Shown here: piece after piece, positions 14,444-27,750 of the stretch | Numbering within the stretch: position 1 is the stretch's first letter | Layout: each line of letters starts with the position of its first letter | Notes under the pieces: generated by a model | The model's database searches: none | Seen by the model: only the letters and a program-made list of their open reading frames with translations | Told to the model about the DNA's origin: nothing | Translations under genes and position numbers: made by a program | DNA from: Nageia nagi | Lineage: Eukaryota; Plantae; Pinophyta | Direction of reading: 5' to 3' | DNA length: 64,000 bases | Assembly: GCA_050084985.1 (NCBI GenBank) | Contig: JBITNC010000001.1 | Location: forward strand, 189,472,001 to 189,536,000

Positions 14444-14932
14444 TGTAATATTGTGTAATATTTCTCTTTAATATAAATTCATTTAATTCTTAAAGTGTCT
14501 TTAGATACCTTAAATAATTAAGGGAATAAATATGGAAAAATATTTAACCTTAACCTTGGGTAAAAGGGAGGTTAAAGAGTGGGTTTTATCTTATAAATAG
14601 AGAGGTACCCCCTCTCATAATGTAACTTGGAAGCAAGCTATGCTATAGGTTTAGGGTTTGGAGAGATAGAAAGATAATTTGTAAGAGAGGTCCTTGAGAA
14701 TAATAAGATCTTAGTTAGTTGATATACTCCCAACGAGGGAGGAACCACTTTATATCTTGTGTTCTTTGTGATATTTGATTATTTTATTATGCTATTGTGT
14801 TGATGTTGTGAGTGCCTTCTTAAGATCTCAGTAGACTAGAAATTAATTTAGAAAATGTTGATTTCATCAAGTAATAGTATTAGTAATGCATGCCATTAGG
14901 TTGTATTATGAGACATGGTTCTACCCCTTATA
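14444..14932 (+). mobile_element. Solo-LTR-like fragment
   Basis: TGTAATA start, TATAAATAGAGAGG TATA-like box at ~14592, GAACCACTTTATATCTTGTGT R/U5-like motif, CCCTTATA end; no TSD found. Confidence 0.4.
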
Positions 14933-15097
14933 TAATATATAATTCTTTTTAGTTCCCAATTTTGTGTACAATTTTGAATGCATGTTTATTTTTATATTTT
15001 GTTTATTCACATGAATAATTTAGTTGCTTATAAATTTGTACTTATATAATTTGAAATTTGAATATCATAGCACAAGTTTCAAAGTGTGTAATCAATA

Positions 15098-15100
<3 letters not shown>

Positions 15101-15131
<31 letters not shown>
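15101..15131. repeat. (AT)n microsatellite
   Basis: About 15 perfect AT units. Confidence 0.97.
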
Positions 15132-15132
<1 letters not shown>

Positions 15133-15899
15133 CCTCACATTTTTCATTTGCAACACAAAATAAAAATTCAACCTATGCAAGTACATAAGAAACCTAATGT
15201 AAGTATCCAATTTATAAAACCTTTGAAATTCAATGTTTGATTCACATTCACACATGAACTAAATTTGAAATTCACTATTTTTCAATGCACAAACAATTTA
15301 CAAATACAAGCAAGGTTTTCTATTTTAACAAGTTCAAACCCTAAAAAATACTTATAAAAGGTCTCAACGAACCTTAAGGATAGATGATATACTATTTATT
15401 TTTATTCTAGTCTAGTAGAAACACACTTTTAATGGCATAAAAATAATTGCACACTAATAATGGTATAAAAATAGTCATATGCTATTAATGATGTGGGTTT
15501 TGAAGAATTTTCAAGAAAAATGTATGAGGGACTTGATCAAAATCTACCCAAAAGATAGATTAAACCATGACATGACATATATGATAATGCAAAATACACA
15601 TTTGACCATTAGAAAGTAAGCTACCTATGATATACTACAATTTCTTATTTTTCATATTTAAGCAATAAACTTACATACCTAGGATGGTTTAGTAACCCAT
15701 ATGCATCTTGCAGATGTAGGTACAAAAATAGGTGCCTTTCTAGTGGTATAATTTACACTGTTGACAGCATGTAAACAACCTTACATGCCATTAGAAGCAT
15801 TCCTTCTGTAAGCTTCACCATTGCATTTTTTTCCACTTCATGATAACTCTTATTTGCTTGTTTTTGATATTTTATTCATTTATTTTTGTTAGAGAAATA

Positions 15900-16517
15900 A
15901 TAATTTATGCAATGTAAAGTACTTAGAGAACCAATGAAGCCTTTTGGTTATTAATTTACATTTGGTTAGAGGTTCATAAATATCTCCAATTATTCATTAT
16001 CAAGATGTACATGCCCTTCTTTTCCTTTAGGATTATCATCCATTTGAATTGGTTTATTGTCAATAAAATCATTAATAATATTTCTTAAGATACTGCAATT
16101 TTTTGTTAGGTGCCCTAGTATCCTATGATAATTACAAAATTCTTCATATCTATAATTTTCAAGAGCATAATTAGGAAAATGATGTTGAACCATTGGTGGA
16201 AGCTCAATAAGTTCTTCTAATAGCACATGAATAATATTATCAACGATATCAATTAGCTTAGTAAACTTCCTCTATGGTCTAGTCTTTTTTCTATCAAAAT
16301 TAGTTGTAGCATACACTTGAGGTTGATATTTCTTTTCATACACTTGATTTTTATCATTCTGATTCAAATTTGGAATATATGCAAAATAAACCCTATTTTT
16401 ATCATTTTCTCGAGCTATTACTCTAAGCACCTTAGGTAAGGGAAGAGATAATAACATGAATGGATTCATGTCTCCTAAGAAGGGTTTTCCTAGAATTGAA
16501 TCTAGGTGTGTAAGCAT
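15900..16517 (-). pseudogene. gag: Internally deleted gag of element 2 (leader joined to zinc knuckle, capsid missing)
   Basis: ORFs 16272-16517 and 15990-16226 are in one frame; YEEFCNYHRILGHLTKNC matches 1975-2030; 16365-16528 aligns with 3850-4016. Confidence 0.8.
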
Positions 16518-16530
16518 GTTGGGTTCATAA
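16515..16530 (-). promoter_or_regulatory. Degenerate tRNA-Trp PBS of element 2
   Basis: Minus strand TTATGAACCCAACATG, same context (CTTACACACCTAG) as element 1. Confidence 0.6.
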
Positions 16531-16533
16531 AAA

Positions 16534-17250
16534 TGTACACCTCAAATTGTGTAAAATATGAATATACAAAATAAATAAAATGATCTACAATATAATAAGA
16601 GCTAGATATATACACTATATCAGATATAACAAATATATATGAAAAGCATGCACCTATATGAAGTGTATGTACAATATCAAAAGCAAATGGTAATGAATCT
16701 TCGAAGGATTGGGATAGAATTAGAGATGATATTGCAATGGATATTCATATACATGAATCACTAGCCTTGATTGCCAAAATCTAGAACCCTTGATCCTCAA
16801 GATGCATGCTATCAGCAATAATGAATATGATGAATTATGGAGTGCAGAAAAGATAGAAAGTTTTATATCTTAGAGTATAATAATTTCTCATAATAGGTGG
16901 TGTTAAGAGACACCATTACTTGATGAAGATTATAGTAGATAACCACCTATCAGAGATCTTATCATATCAAAGAGTTCCAATTTATGGAGGTCAACCTATT
17001 CCACTCGCATATATAGCCTACAAAGACATTGAAAGAAGTGAAGGTTGACCTCTAGCAATAATATAATCATTATTGTATTCAAGACACTTTAAAATATGAA
17101 CCATGATAAATGATATAGCATTTAATATAACACTTGGAATTGCATTGTAATATCAACTTTATCTTGATATTTGTAATATTGCAATAAATCATTTAGGAAG
17201 TATAAATATGATTTATCAAATAAATAATAAATCATTTTTAGGCATCTATA
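16534..17250 (-). mobile_element. 5' LTR of element 2 (~715 bp)
   Basis: Starts TGTACACC next to PBS, ends TCATTTTTAGGCATCTATA like LTR 4019-4701; abuts copia coding sequence. Confidence 0.7.
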
Positions 17251-17390
17251 GTTTGGGTGTTATCTTTTTTCTCAAAGAAGCCTATTGTCACTCTATCTAC
17301 AATAGAAATAAAATGAAAGGATATAACTATTTCTACTTAGGAATCTATATGGATTCAAAATATTTTGAATGAAATTAATTTGAGTAGTCT
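17251..17390 (+). pseudogene. Ty1/copia RNase H fragment
   Basis: SKKPIVTLSTIEIK*KDITIST*ESIWIQNILNEI vs SKKQPTVALSTTEAEYKA...TCEAIWL..IL.DL. Confidence 0.75.
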
Positions 17391-17570
17391 AACACATACC
17401 AATTTTTTATACATAATCAATCAACTATTTATTTATGGTTTGATGAACTATTTTGTGTACTTTTAATACTTACATTATCATATTTTTTGGATTATGCATC
17501 TCCTTTACTATTGATTCTATATCAAGTATATGCACTATGATACTTATTTCATCATACTTGTTGGATTATG

Positions 17571-20500
17571 TGTAAGGAACCAAAAATCTTAACCATAAAA
17601 TTTTTCTCCTTAATCATTAAATCTTATTCAAACATTAGTTATTAAGGTTCATTTTCCTTTGACTTATTTCTCATAAAACATAAACATAACCATTCAACCA
17701 TATTCAAAGAGATGAAATAATAATTTATTATATTATACAATTCCATCAATTACATTAATCATTCAATTATAGAAATTATTGATATGAATCAACACATAAA
17801 TACCCATTAAACAATACATTCACATAACTTCATAAGTTTGAGCTAACTTGGGGAAAACCCTAGGCATCTCTGCATTAGGTAAACCATTGGTAGTTATGCT
17901 ACCTAATAATATTTTATTATCATCATAATGAATATATTACAATATTGATCTCAAACCAAGCATATAATCCATCAACATGGATATTACATCCAAAATAAGG
18001 TCTTTATGAAAATTCAAGACTAAACTTATACAATCCAACCAAATAATTGGTTCATACAATATGTACTCTCAACCATCACATAGATTTTTAGGCAATCCAA
18101 TAATGTATAAAGAAAAAATAAACATCCAATTACCCATGCTATATTTCATTTAAGTACATAAAATGTACTAATAAATATAACAATAAAGATGTCATAAATG
18201 CAATACAAAGAGTACCACCAAGTACCATGGATTCAACATCCAAGTGCACTCCCATACACTTTTATATGTTAAATAAAAAAGCACATCAATACTAAGCTTT
18301 TATCATAATGTGAGGATGCTATAATCTAAGAGTATCAAGGTTCCATAGAAAGAATAACAACTTTCTCACATAAATTCCCTACTTAAGCATGATATATTGC
18401 ATCACAATTATTCCTAGCATAAAATGATTGCAAATAGATTATTATTCAATAATCAAACTAAGCAAGAATGCTATAACCATACCCTAACATAAATGTATCC
18501 TTAAATGTAAATGAAAATAATCAACCATACATCAAAAATTGTAAGTAAATCCTAAGACCATTCAAGGATATGTCACTAGCATCAAGATCTACCACAAGCT
18601 TGACTAGCTCATAACTAGGCACAACTCTTTAACCTTAGTTATTACTTACCACAAGGCTATAATCATAATAATAAGGAACACTAACTAACCACAGTAATTA
18701 TAATTTACCCAAATAGTTTTCTTACTAAAATATGCCACATTGAATATAATTATCCTAGCATATAACAATTCAATTAAATCATTAGCAAAATATTGGAAAT
18801 AATAAGGGAATACCTTAATAATATTCTAAACATACAAGGTTTTAATAGATATAGTAATAAATTTACTACATTTCAAATACTTCAAGAATTAACCACAAAA
18901 TCACTTCAATATGTAGTTCATACATCCTCAATACTACCCTAAGCTTGGTTAGACAAAGTCTAATTACAATCCCAATTCAATATTAATTTAAAGGGGTTCA
19001 CATAAGATCTAACCAAATAGTTAACTCTTAACATCAATGATGATATTTCATCTTCAAGCTGAAAATCTATTCTAGGCTACCATTGGTGATACATATTAGG
19101 TATCATAGATAAATTTAAATGCCACAAGAATATCTATGATCAATATTATCAAATCAACTTAGGATCTCACCCTTAATCCTACTTTACTCTTTATCAACCT
19201 TTTAAATAAAATATATTCTCATTGAAGACCTTCTTTAATATATCCTTAACAAGATTTTATCCAAACATTAGAAAGATAATCTACGTTGGTTTAGATATTT
19301 ATGACCATGAATTCTACAAGGTAAATAATTCAATAAATATCCTTATCTTATCAAATTAAATTAAATCTTGAATTCACATAAGATCACATCAAGCACAACT
19401 CAAGTATCTCAAGAAGTCCTTTGAAATATAAATATACTTGTTATGTGCATGTATACTTTCTATAAGTAATATTCTCATTATAGTTTATAGAAAAGGTCAT
19501 CGCAAGGCCTTAAAGGATTTAGACTAATTTTATTCTAGCCTAATATAGCTAAAAGGAATTTATAACATAATCCATCATTTTTTTATAAGTATAAGAGTTC
19601 AATAAGTAACTCTCTTAATATATATACCCAACATCTATAATAAATACCCGATTTAACATAGATGTCTACAAGATAATTAATTTATTCTAATAATATTAAA
19701 ATCTATATTATAAATATTTTTTTAATTAATGTCTAAATATTTAATTTATACATTAATCATATCTTACTCAACCGTCACTAATTGACATCAAATTACCTAG
19801 ATTAAGCTGCTTGATTCCCTAGTATGTTATCATACCTAAGGATATCATACCCATTACAATGGCATATCATTAAAAAAATTTAGTACCTTTAATGTATATT
19901 TTATCATGTCCATTTGGGTAGATCTTATGATCATTGTAGATAGGGAATTAAGTTTCCTTCATTACATCTACTTCTTCTTTTTTAGGTCTTTTCAAAAACC
20001 CATTTCATTCATAATCTTTTGATCATTTCCTTCCCATAGGTTGCATTATGATGAGGAATTTTGTAAGCAACTTATGGGCTCTCCAAACACATTAACAATG
20101 TGCATATACTTTGATTGTTACCTTTCCTGATACTACAAATCAATGAGGTATTTTGTTAGAGAGATGTTGACCTTTTAAGATATCCAATTTATATCTATCA
20201 TATAATGATTATTATCCATAGACTACATCTCAACTAGGCATCATGTCATGTAACACATGATTGAGATCCTACTACCTCACATTATGCAACATAGAATTGA
20301 GACCCCTTTGCCTCATGTCATACAACACAGGTCACATTCATTATGGTGCTTTTCCACCTTTCATCTACATGTCTATTAGGGTACTCCCAAATGGTGCAAT
20401 CCACTTTCAAAATCTTGATGTGAATTTGTACCTTCTTCTAGGGTTCCTATGGTGGTATGTGCTAGTAGAATGTTGGCAAGGGTTTCAAAGTCTAATTGCT

Positions 20501-21914
20501 ACTTAGAAACTTCTAGGCCTTCTTAGAAAGCCTAGTTCATGCATGTCCTATGAATTCATATCCCTTTCAATGTGCCAACTTTGTGCACACTAAGATGATC
20601 ATTACAGTATAGGAAGTTATGTTCAAATAACCATCCAATGTATTTGTTTTGCACTCATGCAATTATTATAGATTGTGAGACTACATTCTAATGAAGCATT
20701 TTGAAAACAAATCGCTAGCCTCTTGTGTTTTATCCCAATATCTATATTTTTAAATGATCATTTAAGTCCTATAGACTACTTTCTTTGTTTACACAATCCC
20801 TAGGAAGGTGAAAACTATGCTATTGGAGTAAATCATCCCTCCATCAAGCATTCCAAAACTACCCTTTTTGAGCCCCACTCTCTTCCACTTTTGGCAAATT
20901 TTACCCTTGCCAACCCCAATTGGGTTCCCATCAAGGATTTTCTTCCTCTTCTTCCAAAACACATGCAAAAGATGTTGTTTTCTCCTAGACAAGAGTCCCC
21001 CATGAGGCATGGCTTCCATCTATCATAAAATTCCATTTAACAATTCAAAATATTGGTAGTTCACTACCTAATTTCCTCCACTCCTCTACACAATGGCTAG
21101 AGAAGGATAAATATAAGAAATGATTTCCTAAATTAAGATACACACCAATTTAGCATTGGCATATTCATTTAAAACCCTTTTATAAAAGAATTTCCAATTG
21201 TTTGCTCAAAAATATTTAATATTTAAATTCTACTTAAATACATGTTTACCAACACCATTTACCAATCAATTATTTCAATAGTATTTAAATTACTAATAAA
21301 TAAAAGGATCATGGTTAAATTATTTAGTAGTAAGGTTCATCAAAACTCAAAATAACAATACCTTTAAAAGTATTTAAGGTTAATACTTAAATATCAATTT
21401 AAATATTAATATCCACAATTAAATTCTAAATACTAGAATTCTATGATTAACAAATATCATTAATTCCAACATTTATTCTATTAATGAATAACCTTACTCA
21501 ATAAGGCTTAGTAATATTTAAATATAATTAAAATATTAAGGTCCTTCAAAAGGTTTCAAAATTTAACAATATTTAAGCCTTCAAAATAAAATATTGTAAT
21601 AATCAATATTCAATATAACCATTGAATATTTCTAGAAACCTTCTAATATTAAAATAGTTACCTATTTTATTAGGTAAAATAATTATCTTACCAATGAGGC
21701 CTATTACACTCGGGCCCACTAATACATATAAGAGCAAATGATATTACCATAATTGTATTCAAAGTAAAGATCTAAATGTTAAAATTTAACATTAACCACT
21801 AGTTCATTTAAAGAAATTCTAGAACCTTATGAGAATATTACAAATACATAATTTTGAGTTGAGTCTCATAAATCCTAGGAAGTCAATAAGGGTTTCAAGA
21901 ACTGGTTCATAACA
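17571..21914 (-). repeat. 3' LTR (~4.34 kb)
   Basis: TGTAAGGAACCAAAAATC...GGTTCATAACA, colinear with 23418-27745. Confidence 0.95.
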
Positions 21915-21926
21915 TCCTTCCCTACT
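21915..21926 (-). promoter_or_regulatory. Polypurine tract
   Basis: Minus strand AGTAGGGAAGGA immediately before LTR start TGTTATG. Confidence 0.85.
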
Positions 21927-23404
21927 AGGATTAAACATAGTTTGTTATGTTTTGTCTAAGTAAATAATTCAAAAATATATCTCACTTATTAAAATATAAA
22001 GTTTTATTTGTAAAATGCTTATACCTTCTTAACCTCCTTGATAAAAGGTAGTCTTTGCATTATTTCCACTTTCAAGTTCTTTAACAAGAATAACACCAAT
22101 ATCTTCAAGCTTCACTTGATTCAATTACTATAAATTTTCCTTAAATTTGAATGATTTACCTTTTGTGTGCAAGTTATAAGGTTCTAATCAATATCTTTAT
22201 TTAAAAAGATCAATATTTTATTGTTCTAAACACTTATCTTTTACCCTAAACTTGGTTTTTATCAAAGATAAAAGATCTTATAAGAAAAAAATTTCTTATA
22301 TTTTCCAAATTCTTAAGTTTTTAAGAATTACCAACTTGATTTATCTAGGGTTTTCAATCTCATTATTGAATTTTACCCTTTTATATCAAGAATATTTTTT
22401 TTAGGGATAGTGTACGAACCTCATAATCTCAAAGTGTCATAGAATGATCACTTTCAAAAAGTGGAATTATTTGTTCACTTTAGGAAAATGTGATATATCT
22501 TGGTTACATATAACCATGTGTTACATTCACATATATAACATAAATGGAACTCACCTTATATGATTCCCTAATCATAGAGTGATCAGTTCCTCACTTATGG
22601 CTTACCTATGAATTCACCCAAGTGTAATTCATCCACCATCAAAGTGTATGCTTTCTTATGGAGCATATTGTCCCACAATAGTATCAATCTCATATCGATC
22701 CCTCGAAAAATACTTAAACATGGTAATTTGGTAATATGGTTCAAATCCATATCATTAGCCATCCTTGAGGTTCCTTGGTTTTCATTTGTGTTTATACAAC
22801 CCATCTAGAAAATATTCAATATTCTTATTTTATAAGATAAATTATATGACATAATTCTATTCATTTAGAAATTCATAGGCATTTACTAAATCCACATTTG
22901 CAATAGTAATCTTGGGAAATTGTAAGTTGGCTTCTATACATTCAGCTTGGTTGATTAATCAATAACAACATTGATTATAATTTAAAGCATTAAGAATATA
23001 CATCTCTTCCCATTTAAGTACTTATTAGAATCTGTGTAAATGTTCTTTCCTACAATTTAGATGCAATATCCAAGATACCTATATCTGATAGCATCTAGTA
23101 AATGTTAGCAGCATATATTTGCATGCACAACTACATTCCACATCATATACATATTTTTAATTATCGAAAGAGAAAATAAAGGTTATATATTTATCAAATG
23201 TCAAACATATGCTTTAATAAAATATAAGGTAATATTAGTTCATAGAATCTACTCCAAACTAATTATTTTCAAAGAAAAGGGCATAAAGGATATTACCATT
23301 TTCCCCATAATGTATTCATACCTGAATGCCACATCATTTGCAACTAAACTTGTCACGTTCTTACAGCAAAAGGTTAGGCTATAGGTACTAACATTTGAAC
23401 TATA

Positions 23405-23416
23405 GCTTTGATACCA
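23405..23416 (-). promoter_or_regulatory. Primer-binding site, tRNA-iMet
   Basis: Minus strand TGGTATCAAAGC (consensus TGGTATCAGAGC), 1 nt from LTR end. Confidence 0.9.
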
Positions 23417-23417
23417 A

Positions 23418-26400
23418 TGTAAGGAACCAAAAATCTCAACCATAAAATGTTTCTCCCTAATCATTAAATCTTACTCAAACAATATTTATTAAGGTTCATT
23501 TTCCTTTGACTTATTTCTCATAAAATATAAACATAACCATTCAACCATATTCAAAGAGATGAAACAATAATTTATTATCTTATACATTTCCATCAATCGC
23601 ATTAATCATTCAAATTTAGAAATAATTGATGTGAATCAACACATCAATACCCATTAATCAAGACATTCACATAATGCCATAAGTTTGTGCTAATCTTGGA
23701 AAAAACCCTAGGCATCTTTGCACTAGGTAAACCCTTGGTAACTATGTTACCTAACAATATTTTATTATCATCACAATGAATAAATTACAATCTTGATCTC
23801 AAACCAATTACATACTCCATCAACATGGAGATTACAACCAAAACAAGGTCTTTATGACACTTCAATACTAACCTTATTTAATCTAACCAAATAGTTGGTT
23901 TCATACAATATGCAATCTCAACCATCACATAGATTCCTAAGCAATTCAACAATGCATAATGAAAACATAAACATCCAATTACCCATGCCATATTTCTTTT
24001 AAGCATATAAAATATGCTAATAAATTTAACATTAAAGATGTCATAAATATAATACTAAGAGTACCACAAAGTATCATAGATCCAACATCCAAGAACACTC
24101 CTACACACTTTTATACCTTAAACAAATAAGTACATCAATAATAAGCTTTTATCATATTGTGAGGATGCTATAATATAGGAGTAGCAGGGTTCTCCAAAAG
24201 TAATTACAACTTGCTCATATAATTTCCCTACTTAAGCATGACATATCACATCACAATCATTGCTAGCATAAAATGATTGCAACTTGATCATTATTCAATA
24301 ATCAAACTATGCAGGAATGCTATAACCATACCCTAACATAAAAGTATCCTTAAATGTAAATGAAAATAACCAACCATACATCAACATTCATAAGTAAATC
24401 CTAATACCATTCAAGGATATCTGATATATCACTACAATCAAGATCTACCATAAGCTTGGCTAGCTCATAACTAGGCATAACCCTTTAACCTTAGTTATTA
24501 TTTACCACAAGGCTATAATCACATTAGTAAGGAACTCTAACTAACTATAGTAATTACAATTTACTCAAATGGTTTTCTTACTAAAATATGCCACATTGAA
24601 TACAATTATCCTGGCATATAACACTTTAACTAAATTATTAGAAAAATATTAGCAACAATAAGGGAATACCTTAATAATGTTTTAAACATATAAGGTATTA
24701 ATAGATAGTAATAAATTTACTACATTTTAAATACTTCAAGAATTAACCACAAAACCACTTTAATATGTAGCTCATATATCCTTGGTACTACCCTAAGCTT
24801 GGTTAGACTAAGTCTAGATGCAATCAAAATTCAATATTAATTTAAAGGGGTTCACATAAGATCTAGCCAAATAGTTAACTCTTAACATCAATGATGATAT
24901 TTCACCTTCAAGTTGAAAATCTAATCCAACCTACCATTGGTGATCAACATTAGGAATCCTATATAAACTCAAATTCCATAAGAATATCTATGATCAATAT
25001 CGTCAAATCAACTTAGGATTCCACCCTCAATCCTAATTTCCTTTCTATCAACATTTTAAACAAAACATATTCTCGTTGAAGATCTTATTTTATCTATCCT
25101 TAACCAGCTTTTATCCAAACATGGGAAAGCTAACCTATGTTGGTTTAGATCTTTATGACCATGAATTTTACAAGGTAATTAATTAAATAAAGATCCTTAT
25201 CTTATCAAATTAAATTAAATCCTGAATTCACAAAAGATCACATAAAGCACATCTCAAGTATCTTAAGGATTCCTTTCAAATATGCATAAACTTATTATGT
25301 GCATACGTACTTTCTATAAGTAATATTCTTATTACTTATAGAAAAGTTCATCGCAAGGCTTTAAAGTCTTTAGGCTAATTTTATTCTCGCCTAATATAGC
25401 TGAAAGAAATTCATAACATAATCCATCATATTCTTATAAGTATATAAATATGATGAGTAACTCTCTTATAATATATACCCAACATATATAATAGATCGTC
25501 TATTTAATATAGATGTATGCAAGATAATTAATTTATTCTAGTTTATCATTGAATCTATATTATAAATATTTTTCAATTAATATTTAAATCTTTAATTTAA
25601 ACATTAATCCTATCTTACTCAACCTTATCTAATTGATATGGAATTACCTGGATTGAGTCGCTTGATTCCCTTGTACGTTATCAGACCTGAGAATATCATA
25701 TCCATTACGATGGTATCTCATCAACGATTTGTAGGGCCTTCACTGTATATTTCATCGTATCCGTTTGGACAGATCCTTTGATCATTGCAGCCAAGGAATC
25801 ATGTTTTCTTCATTGCACCTACTTCAGATTTTCTAAGTCTTCTTAAAACCAATTTTATTCGTACCCTTGTGATTGTTTTCTTCCTATAAGTTGCATTGTG
25901 ATCATTTATTTTATAAGCAACTTACAGGCTCTCCAAATACATCAACAATGTGCATATCCTTTGATCTCTGCATTTCCTGATACTGCAAATCGATGCTGCA
26001 TTTTGTTAGAGAGATGCAAACCTTTTAAGGTATCCAATTTCTACTTATCATACGATTATTACTACCCGTATACTGCATCTCAATGAGGCATCATGTTGTG
26101 TAACACGGTATTGAGACCCTACTACCTCATATCGTACAACATAGGATTGAGATCCCTCTACCTCACATCGTGTAACACAAGTAACGTTCCTTATTATGCT
26201 TTTTCACCTTTTATCTACATGTCTACCGAGGTACTGCCAAATGCTGCGATCCACTCTCAAAATCTTGATTGGTATTTGTACCTTATTCTAAGCTTCATAT
26301 GGTATTACGTGCTAATAGAATGCTGGAAAGGGTTTCAAAGTTGAGCTTCCACTTAAGAACCTTTTGGGCCTTCTCAGAAAACGTAGTTCATGCATATCTT

Positions 26401-27745
26401 ATAAATTCATAACCCTTATAACGTGCCCACTTTGTGCACACCTGGATGATCATTGCAGTACAAGAAGTTATGCTGAATAACGTATTTATTTTGCACTCGT
26501 TAGGCGACCATTACAAATCACGAGACTACATTCCAATGAAGCATTTTGAAAATAAATCACCAGGATCTTGTTGTGTATCCCAATCTATGCGTTTCTAAAT
26601 GATCATTCCAATCCAACAGATTGATTCCCCCATTTGGAAAATTCTCAAGAAGGTGAAAACTATCCTATTAGAGTACATCCTCCCTCTAGTGAGCATTCCC
26701 TTAATACCCTTTTTGAGCCCCTCTCCTAACGTTTCTGGTCCGCCGACCCCAATTGGGTTCTCTCCAAGGCTTTTCCTCTTATTCCAAAATGCATGCAAAA
26801 GATGTAGTTTTCTCCTATAAAAGAGTCCCCCACGAGGCATGGCTTCCACCTAGTATAAAATTCCATTCTGCAATTCAAATCACTTGCCGTTCACTGCCTG
26901 ATTTCCTCCACTCCTCTACACAACAGATAGAGAAGGTTAAAGATAAGCAATAATTTCCTAAATTAAGATACACACCAATTTAGCATTTGCATCTTCATTT
27001 AAAACCCTTTTATAAAAGAGTTTCCAAGTGGTCACTCACAAACATTTAATATTTAAATTTTACTTAAACACATGTTTACAACACTATTTACCAATCAATT
27101 ATTTCAATAGTATTTAAATTATTATGAAATAAAAGAATCATGGTTAGATTATTTATTAGTAATGTTCATCAAAACTTAAAATACCAATACCTTTAAAAGT
27201 ATTTAAGGTTAATATTTAAATATCGGTTTAAATATTAATATCCATAATTAAATTCTAAATACTAGAATTCTATGATTAACAAATATCATTAATTCCAACA
27301 TTTATTATATTAATGAATAACCTTACTTAATAAGTCTTTGTAATATTTAAATATAATTAAAATATTAAGGTCCTTCAAAAGGACTCAAAATTTAACAATA
27401 TTTGAGCCTTCAAAATAAAATATCCTCAATCATCAATATGCAAGATAACCATTGAATATTTCTAGAAATCTTCTAGTATTAAAATAAGTTACCTATTTTA
27501 TTAGGTAAAACAAGTATCTTACCAATACAACCTATTGCACCTGGGTTGACCAAGCCTTATAAGATCAAAAGATATTACCATTATTGTATTCAAACTAAAG
27601 GTGTAAATGTTCAACCTTAACATTAGCTACCTTTTCATTTAAATAAATTCTAGCATCTTATGAGAACATTAGAAATACATAATTTTGTGTTGAGTCTCAT
27701 AAATCCTAGGAAGTAAACAAGGCTTCCAAGAACTAGTCCATGCCA
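23418..27745 (-). repeat. 5' LTR (~4.33 kb)
   Basis: TGTAAGGAACCAAAAATC...AGTCCATGCCA; minus-strand TATAAAAGG candidate TATA at ~27005-27014. Confidence 0.95.
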
Positions 27746-27750
27746 TTATG

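Larger units (their letters stand above)
17571..27745 (-). mobile_element. Complete non-autonomous LTR retroelement (LARD-like), 10.2 kb
   Basis: Two ~4.3-kb direct repeats with TG..CA ends, TSD TTATG at 17566-17570 and 27746-27750, Met PBS and PPT, 1.5-kb core without an intact ORF. Confidence 0.95.

Noticed and set aside
20261-26953. Similar short ORFs in both LTRs suggesting a gene inside the LTR
   Set aside because: Similarity is explained by LTR duplication; stops differ between copies and no domain was recognised in the frames I translated.
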